Source of the DNA: an uncultured delta proteobacterium
GTDB taxonomy: Bacteria > Desulfobacterota > Desulfobacteria > Desulfobacterales > B30-G6
NCBI GenBank assembly: GCA_963823335.1
Contig: CAWGLD010000004.1
Coordinates: forward strand, 494,817-558,816
Direction of reading: 5' to 3'
DNA: 64,000 nucleotides
Below, one piece after another: positions 42,536 through 51,906 of the stretch (position 1 is its first letter; every line of letters starts with the position of its first letter). The notes under the pieces are model-generated. The model worked only from the letters and a program-made list of their open reading frames with translations, ran no database searches and was not told the DNA's origin. The translations under genes were made by a program, and so were the position numbers.

Positions 42536-42883
42536 TCAAGCAATCTTAACATTCTCTGCCCCTTTAAACAGTTGAATAATTTCCCTTACATAGGCGCATT
42601 CACATTCGGCCCGACACTGTCTTAATTCCTTCTTGTTCAAACAGTATTCTGGGCACTCATCTGTCCCAGTTTTTGGCTCCGAAAAAATTGGTCCGTCATA
42701 AAGATCGACAAAAAGATCGGCGGATAAGGTGATAGTATTCTTACAACTGTGATTGAAGTATAATAGGCCAGCTTCCAGATTTTTAAAATTCACTTGATAA
42801 CCGACAATCATTATATCCTGGTCGGCAATAAAATCTCGGCGGGTTGACCATTTATGCCCGCAAACTTTACACTGTTTAAACAT
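42536..42883 (-). CDS. Cys-rich hypothetical (putative metal-binding) protein
   Basis: MFKQCKVCG..W..R..F, FNHSC, CPEYC..C...CEC. Start taken at ATG 42883. Confidence 0.7.
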   Translation of the reverse strand: MFKQCKVCGHKWSTRRDFIADQDIMIVGYQVNFKNLEAGLLYFNHSCKNTITLSADLFVDLYDGPIFSEPKTGTDECPEYCLNKKELRQCRAECECAYVREIIQLFKGAENVKIA

Positions 42884-42940
42884 GAAGGTGCTTTCGTAAT
42901 TTTTAATATGTCGTCTGAAAACCAAGTATCAGGACGGTGT

Positions 42941-43122
42941 TGATGAATGGAGACAAGTCCAACTATCCGATAATTGAAAAAAATGCAAGATACCATCTGG
43001 CTATGCCCACGGTACCACGGAGGGGTCTATAGATGCAAGATTTGGCCTGTTGTGATAATTTTCGCACACCGGTAAAATTTTAGGGGTCTGATATCTACCA
43101 TTTTGTTGGAGGTACCGGCAAT
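42941..43122. repeat. ~180-bp inter-cassette repeat, full copy B
   Basis: Conserved blocks AATGGAGA, GATACCAT.TGG, ATGCAAGATTTGGCC, TTGTGAT..TTTTCGCACACCGGT, TGATA, TTTTGT.GGAG. Confidence 0.92.
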
Positions 43123-43141
43123 CAAAGAAACCAGTCCAATA

Positions 43142-43672
43142 TTACTTGTTCAATAGTGACCACATTGAATTTGTCAGTTCGTGCTTCAGATGATCACCAG
43201 TACGGTAGTGATCATTTTTTGCCCAATCATCGCTTACTTGATGCATCCAAGTAATGGGTTTCGGAGGGACATCTTCCCATTCAATGGTTGGTGGATAAAA
43301 GAGATAGATATCCCAAGCGACATGACCATCCCAACCAACACTTGTCGCAATCTCCTTTCCCGATATTTGTTTAGGATCATAGAAATGTTGAATACGATCA
43401 TCATTTAACAACTTGATGGTCGGTAATGCAGCTTCTAATGAATCTTCAGGCAGCATATTAATCCAAACAATGGACCCGTTGATATCGGTCTTAGGAAAAC
43501 TCTCAAACACATTCTTATGCACCGCCCGGGCACCTTGGTCACGTCACAATGGGCAAGTGGGGGATAGAAGGGCAAGGAATCGTATTTTTCCCTTTCCTCT
43601 GTTGAAATGGTCTTTTAGATGGTCCAGCGAGCCCAACAGCTTGATATTGTCCTTTGTTTCGCCGGTTTTCAT
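43142..43672 (-). CDS. Thioredoxin-like selenoprotein, 176 aa, CxxU motif (UGA at 43544-43546)
   Basis: AGGAG RBS, ATG 43672, MKTGETKDNIKLLGSLDHLKDHFNRGKGKIRFLALLSPTCPL-TGA-RDQGARAVHKNV continuing in frame into ORF 43142-43522. Confidence 0.85.
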
Positions 43673-43704
43673 TTTCGAATCTCCTAACTAAGAGTCTGAA
43701 GTCG

Positions 43705-44202
43705 CTAAGCCATTTTGAAAGATTTTTTCCCGGTCAATTTATCCACCACCTGGCGGACATCAGCCAAACATCAGCGGCCTTTGGGATTCTTATTGGCACA
43801 ATCGCATCCATCGGCTTTTTTCTCGGCTGCAATTTCAGCCATTATCGTAGATCGGCCATTTTTCTGATAATCCTGTTCAATGTCCCTCCTGGTATGCTTA
43901 AAACAGTAGCAGACCAAATCATCCAAGTTAAATTCACTGGTTTTTAACGTATTTGATTTAGCGGTATCCCGCACCAGCTGGCCGTTTAATGATGCAACGT
44001 ATCCTGCCTTTATCAGGGCATGCTTCATATCTTCGAATGAAAGCAATTCCGGATCATAGGAAACAACAGCTTTTTTCTCGGCATTACTGGCGGTAGCCTC
44101 CTTTACCCCCTCAAGCCCTTCCAGGGCCTTTACCACTTTGGGCTCTCACCCCATTCAGGTCATACCTTGGATAGACAGTTCGATCTTCAGATCTTTAGAC
44201 AT
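43705..44202 (-). CDS. Triple-selenocysteine HMA (CopZ-like) + 2Fe-2S-binding fusion protein, 165 aa
   Basis: MSKDLKIELSIQGMT-TGA-MG-TGA-EPKVVKALEGLEGV..VCYCF..CDCANKNPKGR-TGA-CLADVRQVV..MA-TAG. UGAs at 44155-44157, 44146-44148 and 43771-43773. Confidence 0.85.
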
Positions 44203-44380
44203 ACATTTCCCACCTTTGTTTATTCGTCACAACAAATTTCCAGATCAATAGTTTCACTGCGTTCAAGATTGTCAAACGATTCCAGTGCTTTCATTGCCCA
44301 TTGTTCCCCGGGGCAACCAGATTCGGTGATTGCCACATTGAGAAATTCTACAAGCTCTTTAGCAAGAACCTGTTTTCTTA

Positions 44381-44680
44381 CTATTTTGAATGCATAATTT
44401 CTCTGACTGCATTCGAAAGTGAATCCATGTCCGGTATGTTGTCAAAGGCTATGCGTTCATTGATAATAATCGATGGAACTGAAGGCATTCGCTTACAGAT
44501 TGTACCGAGTTCAGCGTGCCTCATCACACCCTCTTTAGAACTGACATCGACCACCGTCCACTGGAGAACGCCCTTCTCAAATTCGGGGGCAATTTCTTCC
44601 AGTATTGCAAGCGCCAAATCGCACAACATGCACCCTTTCTTTTTTGCAACAATTTCTACAATTACGTTTTGCAAATCCAT
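44381..44680 (-). CDS. Small thioredoxin/glutaredoxin-like protein (CMLC)
   Basis: CxxC after the first strand and cis-Pro motif SVPSIIIN..FDNIPD. Confidence 0.75.
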   Translation of the reverse strand: MDLQNVIVEIVAKKKGCMLCDLALAILEEIAPEFEKGVLQWTVVDVSSKEGVMRHAELGTICKRMPSVPSIIINERIAFDNIPDMDSLSNAVREIMHSK

Positions 44681-44757
44681 GTACCAGAATCTCTATTACA
44701 CATTTTTCAATTTTAAAATTAATCCTTTTTTCCAATGGCCCTATGTAAGGTCGAGTG

Positions 44758-44784
44758 GTGATAAATGGAGAGTAGTCACGGTTT
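44758..44784. repeat. Left-end fragment of the inter-cassette repeat (copy C)
   Basis: GTGATAAATGGAGA, identical to the start of copy F (49201). Confidence 0.55.
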
Positions 44785-45107
44785 AACAGACCCGTAAAAA
44801 CCTGTGATTACATCACATCCCGCTCTAATAATTGCCACGATCGCCATTACAGATATCATTTTTCTTACAAATTTGCAAAAAAGGGAAAATCGTCGAAATG
44901 ATCCTCCCGCATGATAACATAGAAATACAACGTGAGTGACGATTGCGTGTAGTGGTGATGTGTTATGGTATCTGCAATTATCGTAAAATACCGATGAGTT
45001 GGAGATAGTACGAGTTTACGACCTTCAAAGCGATCTGTGATATAAAAAGTGGCAAAACTAAGGTAGCTCTGCCACTTTAATATATCCAACCTGTACAACT
45101 TAGATTA

Positions 45108-45899
45108 TTAGTTCAGCGCTTCAATAAAGCAGCCACCGCCACCGCCACCGCCACCGCCACCACCATCATCGTTACTAATAGTGGCGTTAAAAGTACCAGT
45201 GTCACCGGTTACAGAATACCACCAGCCTGACATGCTCACACCATTTATTTTACCCCAAAACGCAAATTCCTCGTCATTCGGACCATCTCCATCGTCATGA
45301 AAATAGCCGTCAGGATGCAGCCAACCCTGTTTAAAGGCATAATCAGCACCATCAATTGTCACCGATCCGGTGATGTCGCCCAAGATTTCTCCATTAGATT
45401 TAATTGAGATGACTATTTTACCAGAGTTATCTCCAATATAGGTGCCCTTATAAGTTCCTACATATTGGTCAATAAAGTCGTCTGAAGTGATTTTACTGCC
45501 AATTAAATTTCCTGAATCAGCTGAATCTGTATCGGACCATGTTCCCGTAACCGACCCATTAGATGAATCGACTTCAATGGCGAATTGGTAGCCCCAAAGA
45601 TACGAGGGTCCGACAGAATAATTTCCGACCGTGCCTGCTTCACCTTCATAGTTAATCGAACTTGATGGGCCGATATCACCCTGGCTGATATCTGTCGAAT
45701 AAAACCAAAATTTTGCCCCTAAATTTATATCGAGTGCAAGATACCAAACACCATTATCATCGCCCGAATATGTGCCTTTATATAGGCCGTTATAATCTTC
45801 TTGGGCGCACCATGAATTTGGAGCCAATAAAAACAATAGAAGGGATAGGTATAGTAGGATGTGAGCTATTCTGCTTGGACTGTTGGTCACCATCAGCAT
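45108..45899 (-). CDS. Secreted acidic beta-rich protein with poly-Gly-CFI C-terminal sorting-like signal
   Basis: Signal peptide, repeated G.YKGTY.GD, ends GGGGGGGGGGCFIEALN. Terminator-like hairpin at about 45045-45080. Confidence 0.75.
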   Translation of the reverse strand: MLMVTNSPSRIAHILLYLSLLLFLLAPNSWCAQEDYNGLYKGTYSGDDNGVWYLALDINLGAKFWFYSTDISQGDIGPSSSINYEGEAGTVGNYSVGPSYLWGYQFAIEVDSSNGSVTGTWSDTDSADSGNLIGSKITSDDFIDQYVGTYKGTYIGDNSGKIVISIKSNGEILGDITGSVTIDGADYAFKQGWLHPDGYFHDDGDGPNDEEFAFWGKINGVSMSGWWYSVTGDTGTFNATISNDDGGGGGGGGGGGCFIEALN

Positions 45900-45991
45900 T
45901 TTTCCTTTCAATTTGAGATTGATTTGATAACGCGGGGGGAAAGATAAATAGGTGAAAGTTATTAACATATTTGGAGATTGAATGCAATTGT

Positions 45992-46162
45992 AATGGAGAG
46001 ATATCCAGTTATCAAGCTCAACCAAATTATTACCGATACCATCTGGTCATCACCAAGGTATTACGGCAGGGCCTATCAATGCAAGATTTGGCCCATTGCG
46101 ATTATTTTCGCACACCGGTGATATTTTAGGGGTCTGATAACCTTGTTTTTGTAGGAGGTATC
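45992..46162. repeat. Inter-cassette repeat, full copy D
   Basis: Colinear with copies B and E. Confidence 0.92.
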
Positions 46163-46219
46163 TTGATAACGTTTAAACATCTACGGCTTGACCGTAGCAT
46201 GTTTCTTGCTTGAATTATA

Positions 46220-46927
46220 TCAGATTGTTTTTTTTCTGATCAGGTAGATACCGTCACAGAAGGTGAGGAAGAGTTTCTCCACCCTGTTGTCAGCGTTTAC
46301 CTCTTCGTTAAAGAGGGCTATGGCTTTACTGGACTCATCTTTGGGCTCAAAGATCCGACCGTACCACAGGGCATTGTCAACAACAATGAGGCCGCCTTTC
46401 CGCAGAATCCTCATTGATTCGTGATAGTAAGCCAGGTAGCTGGTTTTATCAGCATCAATGAAGACAAGATCGGTTGCTTCGGACGGCAGGGATTTTAGAA
46501 TATCAATGGCTTCTCCCCGCTGCAGATTGATCTTGTGGCCCTGCGGACTCCTGTCAAAAAAACCTTGAGCGATGTCGGCATTGGCGGAATCATGTTCGAT
46601 TGTCAGCACCTTGCCGTCTGGCGGAATTGATTCGGCCATAGCCAGGGCCGAGTAACCGGTGAATGTGCCGATATCGATCACATTCCTGAATCCCGATAGA
46701 ACGATAATCAACTGCAGAAAACGTCCTTCAATCCGGCCGGTAAGCCAGTTGGGAGACTCGGTTTTGTTGAGAGTGTAGTTCTCAATCTCTTCAAGAAGCG
46801 GAGACAAGGGTGAGGTGTGGTCTGCGGCATATTGTTCGGCTTCCCACGCCACCATGTCCATAAAGGAATGGATGGCCTTACCGGTTTCTTGCTGTCCGTC
46901 TGCGTTTTCAGAACTATTTTTTTCCAT
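46220..46927 (-). CDS. SAM-dependent O-methyltransferase (caffeoyl-CoA OMT-like)
   Basis: IDIGTFTGYSAL, LVFIDADK, GGLIVVDNALW. Confidence 0.9.
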   Translation of the reverse strand: MEKNSSENADGQQETGKAIHSFMDMVAWEAEQYAADHTSPLSPLLEEIENYTLNKTESPNWLTGRIEGRFLQLIIVLSGFRNVIDIGTFTGYSALAMAESIPPDGKVLTIEHDSANADIAQGFFDRSPQGHKINLQRGEAIDILKSLPSEATDLVFIDADKTSYLAYYHESMRILRKGGLIVVDNALWYGRIFEPKDESSKAIALFNEEVNADNRVEKLFLTFCDGIYLIRKKTI

Positions 46928-46952
46928 TTTTCTCCTACCGATACCGGATACA

Positions 46953-47133
46953 GATAAATGGAGAGAAGTCCAGTTATCAGGTTTGATGTAAATATTGCCG
47001 ATACCATATGGTCATGCCCAGGGTACCACGGAAGAGTCTATGGATGCAAGATTTGGCCTGTTGTGATACTTTTCGCACACCGGTAATATTTTGGGCGCTT
47101 GATATCTTTGTTTTTGTTGGAGCTGTCTGCAAT
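46953..47133. repeat. Inter-cassette repeat, full copy E
   Basis: Colinear with copies B and D. Confidence 0.92.
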
Positions 47134-47172
47134 TTGGTGGGGTGTTATTTTCTGGTTTTCAATAGATTTTTG

Positions 47173-48855
47173 CTAAAGCAGGCCTCCTACAAAACAACCA
47201 TAGCCATCACCACCACCGGCATCCGACGTAGAATCATATTCAGGGGATATATTAGCCTTGACACCTGGACCGCCTATATCAACAATAATTCCATTTTCAG
47301 CTAAATCGTCATCTCCCCTTTTTCCATCAACAAAATACAGCGTGATGTTATTTTTATTAATTTTAGCTCCGGTCTGGCCGTTAAAAATGAATTCATACCA
47401 GTGATCAAATGGATCATCCGGGGTCAGGCCATACTTAGAATACGTGTTAAATGTAATCTCAGAGGGAAAATAAAAAGTTACGGATGTAGCGCCCCCGATG
47501 CGAATCCCTGCCACGGTAAATGAAAAAAATCCATATGAGAAATCTACGCCGGACGGATAATTGGTGTCTGGTGGTTCAATAACCGCTTTACAATTTTTAA
47601 TTGACGTGCCGGGAGGCGTTTCGAGCACCACGTAATCAGTCGCATTGTCAATCGCTAAAGAACTCACATTGCTTTGAAGACTGTCAAGTATACCATCATT
47701 ATTTCCATCACCATCGATTGGACCAGCATTTTCCTCTTTATTGCTAACACCATCATTATCATAATCTGCTAAGAATACAGCTGTAATGGTCACGTCAGAA
47801 TTGATAGATATTTTCTCAGGATTATCAGAAGAATCAAGCCCACCGCTCCATTCACTAAACAGCCACCCTGAATTGGCCGTTGCTGTCATCGTAATTAATG
47901 AACCCTTAGAGTAATAATCTTTTTCAGGATCAATCTCGACATTACCTGAACCAACGATATTTATGGTTATGCTCAACAACTTATTCACTGTATTTATTGT
48001 ATAGTTCTGATTTGATTGATTGTTAGTTACGTTACTGTAGCTCCGAGATGCCGGGGAAAAAATGTAACCCTCCTTTGTTGGGGTAACCGTACCACTCCAG
48101 CCATAAGTTACATTACGGCTGTAGTACCCTGAACTGTTTGTAGTATCTGTACCTCCGCCATTACCAAACGTTACCGTGACGCCACTGAATCCGTTGCCTG
48201 ACGAAGTGCGGACATAACCGGAAATGGTTCTATCCGGCTGAGCTTGTGTCCCGGTGTAGTTCTGGTTTGATTGATCGGCGTTTACGTTACTGTAGCTCCG
48301 AGATGCCGGGGAAAAAATGTAACCCTCCTTTGTTGGGGTTACCGTACCGCTCCAGCCATAAGCTATCTCATGACTGTAATACCCAGAGCTATTTGTAGTG
48401 TCTGTACCTCCTCCGTTACTGAACGTAAGCGTAACTTCGTTAATCCCTCCGCCTGAAGATGTACGAACATAACCGGAAATGGTATTGGCCTGATGAACCT
48501 GGGTCCCAATATAGTCTTGGTTTGATAGATTAGAAGTCACGTTAACGTAACTCAGTGATGCTGGGTTAAAGCTGAAACCATCTTTGGTAGGTATACTTTT
48601 ACCACTCCAGCTATTTGGGATACCTATGCTGTAATAACCAGATTCGTTCGTGGTTGTGGATCTGACATTATCGAATGTAACATTGACTCCCTCAATCCCA
48701 CTGCCTGATGATGTGCGGACATACCCGGATATCTCTTTTGCGAAACCATCAGCTACTCCAATGAATAATGAAATTATAAGCAGAATAAACAAGTGTAATA
48801 AGCATACGATAGGAGATATATTGCTGTAAGCAGTTTTTAATTGTTCTGTTTTCAT
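47173..48855 (-). CDS. Surface protein: three ~85-aa ISGYVRTSSG repeats, a B-repeat-like domain, a choice-of-anchor U-like domain and a GCF C-terminus
   Basis: Repeats visible in DNA and protein. DGNNDGILDSLQSNV, KYG.TPD...HWYEF, FVDGKRGDDDL..NG.IVD.GGP. Ends GGGDGYGCFVGGLL. Confidence 0.8.
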   Translation of the reverse strand: MKTEQLKTAYSNISPIVCLLHLFILLIISLFIGVADGFAKEISGYVRTSSGSGIEGVNVTFDNVRSTTTNESGYYSIGIPNSWSGKSIPTKDGFSFNPASLSYVNVTSNLSNQDYIGTQVHQANTISGYVRTSSGGGINEVTLTFSNGGGTDTTNSSGYYSHEIAYGWSGTVTPTKEGYIFSPASRSYSNVNADQSNQNYTGTQAQPDRTISGYVRTSSGNGFSGVTVTFGNGGGTDTTNSSGYYSRNVTYGWSGTVTPTKEGYIFSPASRSYSNVTNNQSNQNYTINTVNKLLSITINIVGSGNVEIDPEKDYYSKGSLITMTATANSGWLFSEWSGGLDSSDNPEKISINSDVTITAVFLADYDNDGVSNKEENAGPIDGDGNNDGILDSLQSNVSSLAIDNATDYVVLETPPGTSIKNCKAVIEPPDTNYPSGVDFSYGFFSFTVAGIRIGGATSVTFYFPSEITFNTYSKYGLTPDDPFDHWYEFIFNGQTGAKINKNNITLYFVDGKRGDDDLAENGIIVDIGGPGVKANISPEYDSTSDAGGGDGYGCFVGGLL

Positions 48856-49200
48856 TATCTTTGCATTTCTTGAGACTATAATCTGTTTAGCAGGGCGATG
48901 ACGTCCTTTTTAATAAATATAAATTCCTAAAATGGGATCCTTGCCTTAAGAACAGAAGCACTATTGATTTATAATAAGAAGGAGTAGCGGTGAAATCAAA
49001 TCAATCTGAGCTGGCTAGGATAACCTTCTTAACCATGAAATGATCCTTTTACGAAGGTTTGATATTAGGATGTGAAAAAAACTTCTAAAGAATACTAAAA
49101 AGCGGTGTTGATGTCAATAAATTTATATAAATCAACATATTGTATAATATCTTGCCACTTTATGGAAAACACTTTCTCAAAGACATTTTTCCGTGAACCT

Positions 49201-49291
49201 GTGATAAATGGAGACAAGTCCAGTTATCAAGATCAACAGCAATATTACCGATACGATATGGTAATGCCCACGTTACCACGTAGGGGCTTAT
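49201..49291. repeat. Inter-cassette repeat, left part (F)
   Basis: GTGATAAATGGAGACAAGTCCAGTTATCAAG ... CCACGTAGGGGCTTAT. Confidence 0.85.
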
Positions 49292-49499
49292 CCTATAAAG
49301 TCCCCTTTTTTAGAAGACGAAACTGCAGCATTTTTATAAATTATTGGTTTCCAAGTCCTATAAATCAGTGAGTTCATAGTTGTCCTTGACAAAGATTTCA
49401 TTCCCCTTTACTTCATTTGAGAGGATTCATCTTTATTTGCAGTGTCATTTCATAATAACCTCTTTTATTAATTACAACCAATTGAAAGGAGGCAGCAAA

Positions 49500-50099
49500 A
49501 TGAAGGCAAAAGAAACAGCGGTAGTTTTGATAGAATTTCAAAATGATTTTTGCAAAGAAGGCGGTAAACTACATGACGGCTTAAAGGGGGAGCTTGCACG
49601 GCAGAATACAATTCCAAACGCCGTGAAACTGGCAGAAGGAGCTCGTAAAAAAGGAGCTACGATTATCCATTCACCATTTATATTTAATGAAAAATATTTC
49701 GAAGATCATCAAATGCAAGGAATTGTTAAAGCTGTGGCTGATGGAAATGCCTTTCGCGAAGGAACCTGGGGAGCTGAGATTATCGATGAATTAAAACCGA
49801 AGGAAGGGGACAAAATTGTCGGTGGTAAGTGCACCTTGTGTGGCTTTAATAATACAAATTTGGACGAACTATTAAAGGGAGACAATATCAAGAATGTGGT
49901 TATTGGTGGTTTTCTGACCAATTTTTGTGTTGAGAGCACTGCCCGCACAGCTTATGACAAGGGTTATGGAGTTACAATAATGAAAGATGCGACTGCTGCC
50001 ACCTCGACAGAAGAACAAAATCACTCCGAAGAAAAAATTTTCCCTTCGCTGGGGCAGACTCTCTCCGTAGATCAATTTATTGACCAATTGGAGGAATAA
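49500..50099 (+). CDS. Isochorismatase-family cysteine hydrolase
   Basis: VLIEFQNDF, GTWGAEII, GFLTNFCVESTAR.AYD.GY, GGAGG RBS. Confidence 0.9.
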   Translation: MKAKETAVVLIEFQNDFCKEGGKLHDGLKGELARQNTIPNAVKLAEGARKKGATIIHSPFIFNEKYFEDHQMQGIVKAVADGNAFREGTWGAEIIDELKPKEGDKIVGGKCTLCGFNNTNLDELLKGDNIKNVVIGGFLTNFCVESTARTAYDKGYGVTIMKDATAATSTEEQNHSEEKIFPSLGQTLSVDQFIDQLEE

Positions 50100-50774
50100 T
50101 CATCATCAAAATCGCGAGGTTGAAATAATAAAAGACCGGAGTAATTACTTTTGTCGATGCTCCGGTTTTTTACATATTCAGATCTGGCTTTTCAAAATAT
50201 TGGCATTCGCCGTCAATGTGGGAACAAACATCAAAAGAAGATGACGAAAAGATGCCAGATTCTTGGCAATAGGGATTAGCTGGAGAGGTCATTGCTTCAA
50301 CTGTTTTAGCGCATGTACATGAGTATAATTTATTCAATCCCCCTTTACAGTCTTTGTTCGTTCGTCTTCTTGTAAGGTTATAAATCGCCCTCCACAGTCC
50401 TGACAAATACGCAAATAGCATTTTTCTTCTTCATCACCAATTCTGCAAACGATATTAAATTCCACTTGAAAACTTTTCCGTTCACCGCAATGAGGGCAAT
50501 ATTTTGTCGGCATTTAGCTCACCTTTTCTATTGTTTGTATTCCTCGTATAATAGTCAAAAGGACAGACCCTGCCTTGTTAATAGACATAAGGTTTATCAG
50601 ACTGAAAGTCATAATTCACAGCGGATATACATCCACTTTTATTCTATATATTCAAGTCGGAGAAAATGTACTTGGTGCATTGTACTTTAGTGCAATTCAG
50701 CTGTTTGGTAACATATCAATGAGGAATTAGGTTACTTGTTGAATAAATATGAAAGTCCATCAATTCACAGCGGA

Positions 50775-50842
50775 TATGTCCACGGTATCACGCAGGGGCC
50801 TATGAATGCAAGATTTGGTCTGTTGTGATTATTTTTGCACAT
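50775..50842. repeat. Inter-cassette repeat, middle part (G)
   Basis: ATGTCCACGGTATCACGCAGGGGCCTATGAATGCAAGATTTGG..TTGTGATTATTTTTGCACA. Confidence 0.85.
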
Positions 50843-51231
50843 GGCAAAAGTTCAATTCATATTATTCGTCGACTTGACATTTACCACAATATGGCAATGT
50901 TTTTAAGATAGTTGCATGGACGATCTTTAGTGTGCTGAAGTATGGATGCAAGCAGTCGAACCAGGTGGGCAAACTTCGGTTCATTATCATGACTGTGAGA
51001 CGGTAATTGACAGCATAAAGGGGCCCGGGCAGCTTTCAATTGAAGAGAAAATCATCGTATTTGGTCCGGACCATACGCTTCATATACCCCTGTTGTCCAT
51101 CAACTCGTCAATAGTGGAAGTTTAGATATTTTCTTGATTACTTTGTTTTCATCAATACCGGCTCAAGTTTTTACATCTGATGGCAAGATGCAGATCTTGG
51201 CCCGGCAATCTTAGGTTCCAGAGGTACAACT

Positions 51232-51615
51232 ATGAGTAATTTAGGATTTATTCGGGTAAAGGGATTAGCATTGGCTGTAACTGATTTGAATAGGGCCAAC
51301 CGTTTTTATGGAGAAACCCTGGCGCTTCCGCCGGACACCATCCGTAATATGGAATCCGCATATCTGATTGGTGACGCGATTGTGATGCTGAAAACACAAG
51401 AGGAATGTCATGCAAAACCTACGGAAGCATTGAACCCTCGCATCACCGTGGAAACCCGCGATGCCTTTGCCACCGAACAGGCCTTGAAAGAGCTGGGGGT
51501 CACTGTCTCAGACCCCGTCACTTTCTACGATGGCACTCCGATTGGAGCTTTTCTCGACAGCGAGGGAAACAAGATATGGTTTTGTTCCGTATCGGACAAG
51601 AGCGGCACAGATTAA
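51232..51615 (+). CDS. VOC / glyoxalase family protein
   Basis: LAVTDLNRANRFYGETL and FLDSEGNKI. Confidence 0.82.
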   Translation: MSNLGFIRVKGLALAVTDLNRANRFYGETLALPPDTIRNMESAYLIGDAIVMLKTQEECHAKPTEALNPRITVETRDAFATEQALKELGVTVSDPVTFYDGTPIGAFLDSEGNKIWFCSVSDKSGTD

Positions 51616-51906
51616 TTTTTTTTGTGCCTCGATTATGGCGCAACTATCCGATAAAATTCGGCGTTTAGTCGGAAATTCTCAACATAATATGGCTTCACTA
51701 TATTTACATTGATGGAGTCGCATTAAAGCGAACCTGGCCCGATCAGGTCAGTAAAGTATCAGTTTTCCCGCAATCAGTGCAGATATGATCTGAAGATATG
51801 CAATCTATCGCACCGTTAAATCAGGTGTCAAACTGTAGGATATATAAACGCTGCTTTGTGACAATAAAAAAGGGGTAAATCCATGGCTCGGATTCACCCT
51901 TTTAAT

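Noticed and set aside
43705-44202. Pseudogene or UGA=Trp/Gly genetic code as the explanation for the in-frame TGAs
   Set aside because: All the TGAs fall on conserved Cys-motif positions, while many other genes in the window end normally at TGA.
45132-45163. (CCACCG)n as a contingency repeat
   Set aside because: It is an in-frame hexamer encoding the poly-Gly linker, so slippage would not shift the frame.
49105-49371. The array repeat as a conserved small protein gene
   Set aside because: The frame is not kept in other copies, which have stops and indels.
50170-50421. 83-aa Cys-containing ORF
   Set aside because: No recognisable family and no clear support. Left uncalled.
50603-50777. Short ~27-bp direct repeat (TGAAAGTC..AATTCACAGCGGATAT)
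   Set aside because: Only two copies and no function can be assigned, although the second abuts repeat fragment G.
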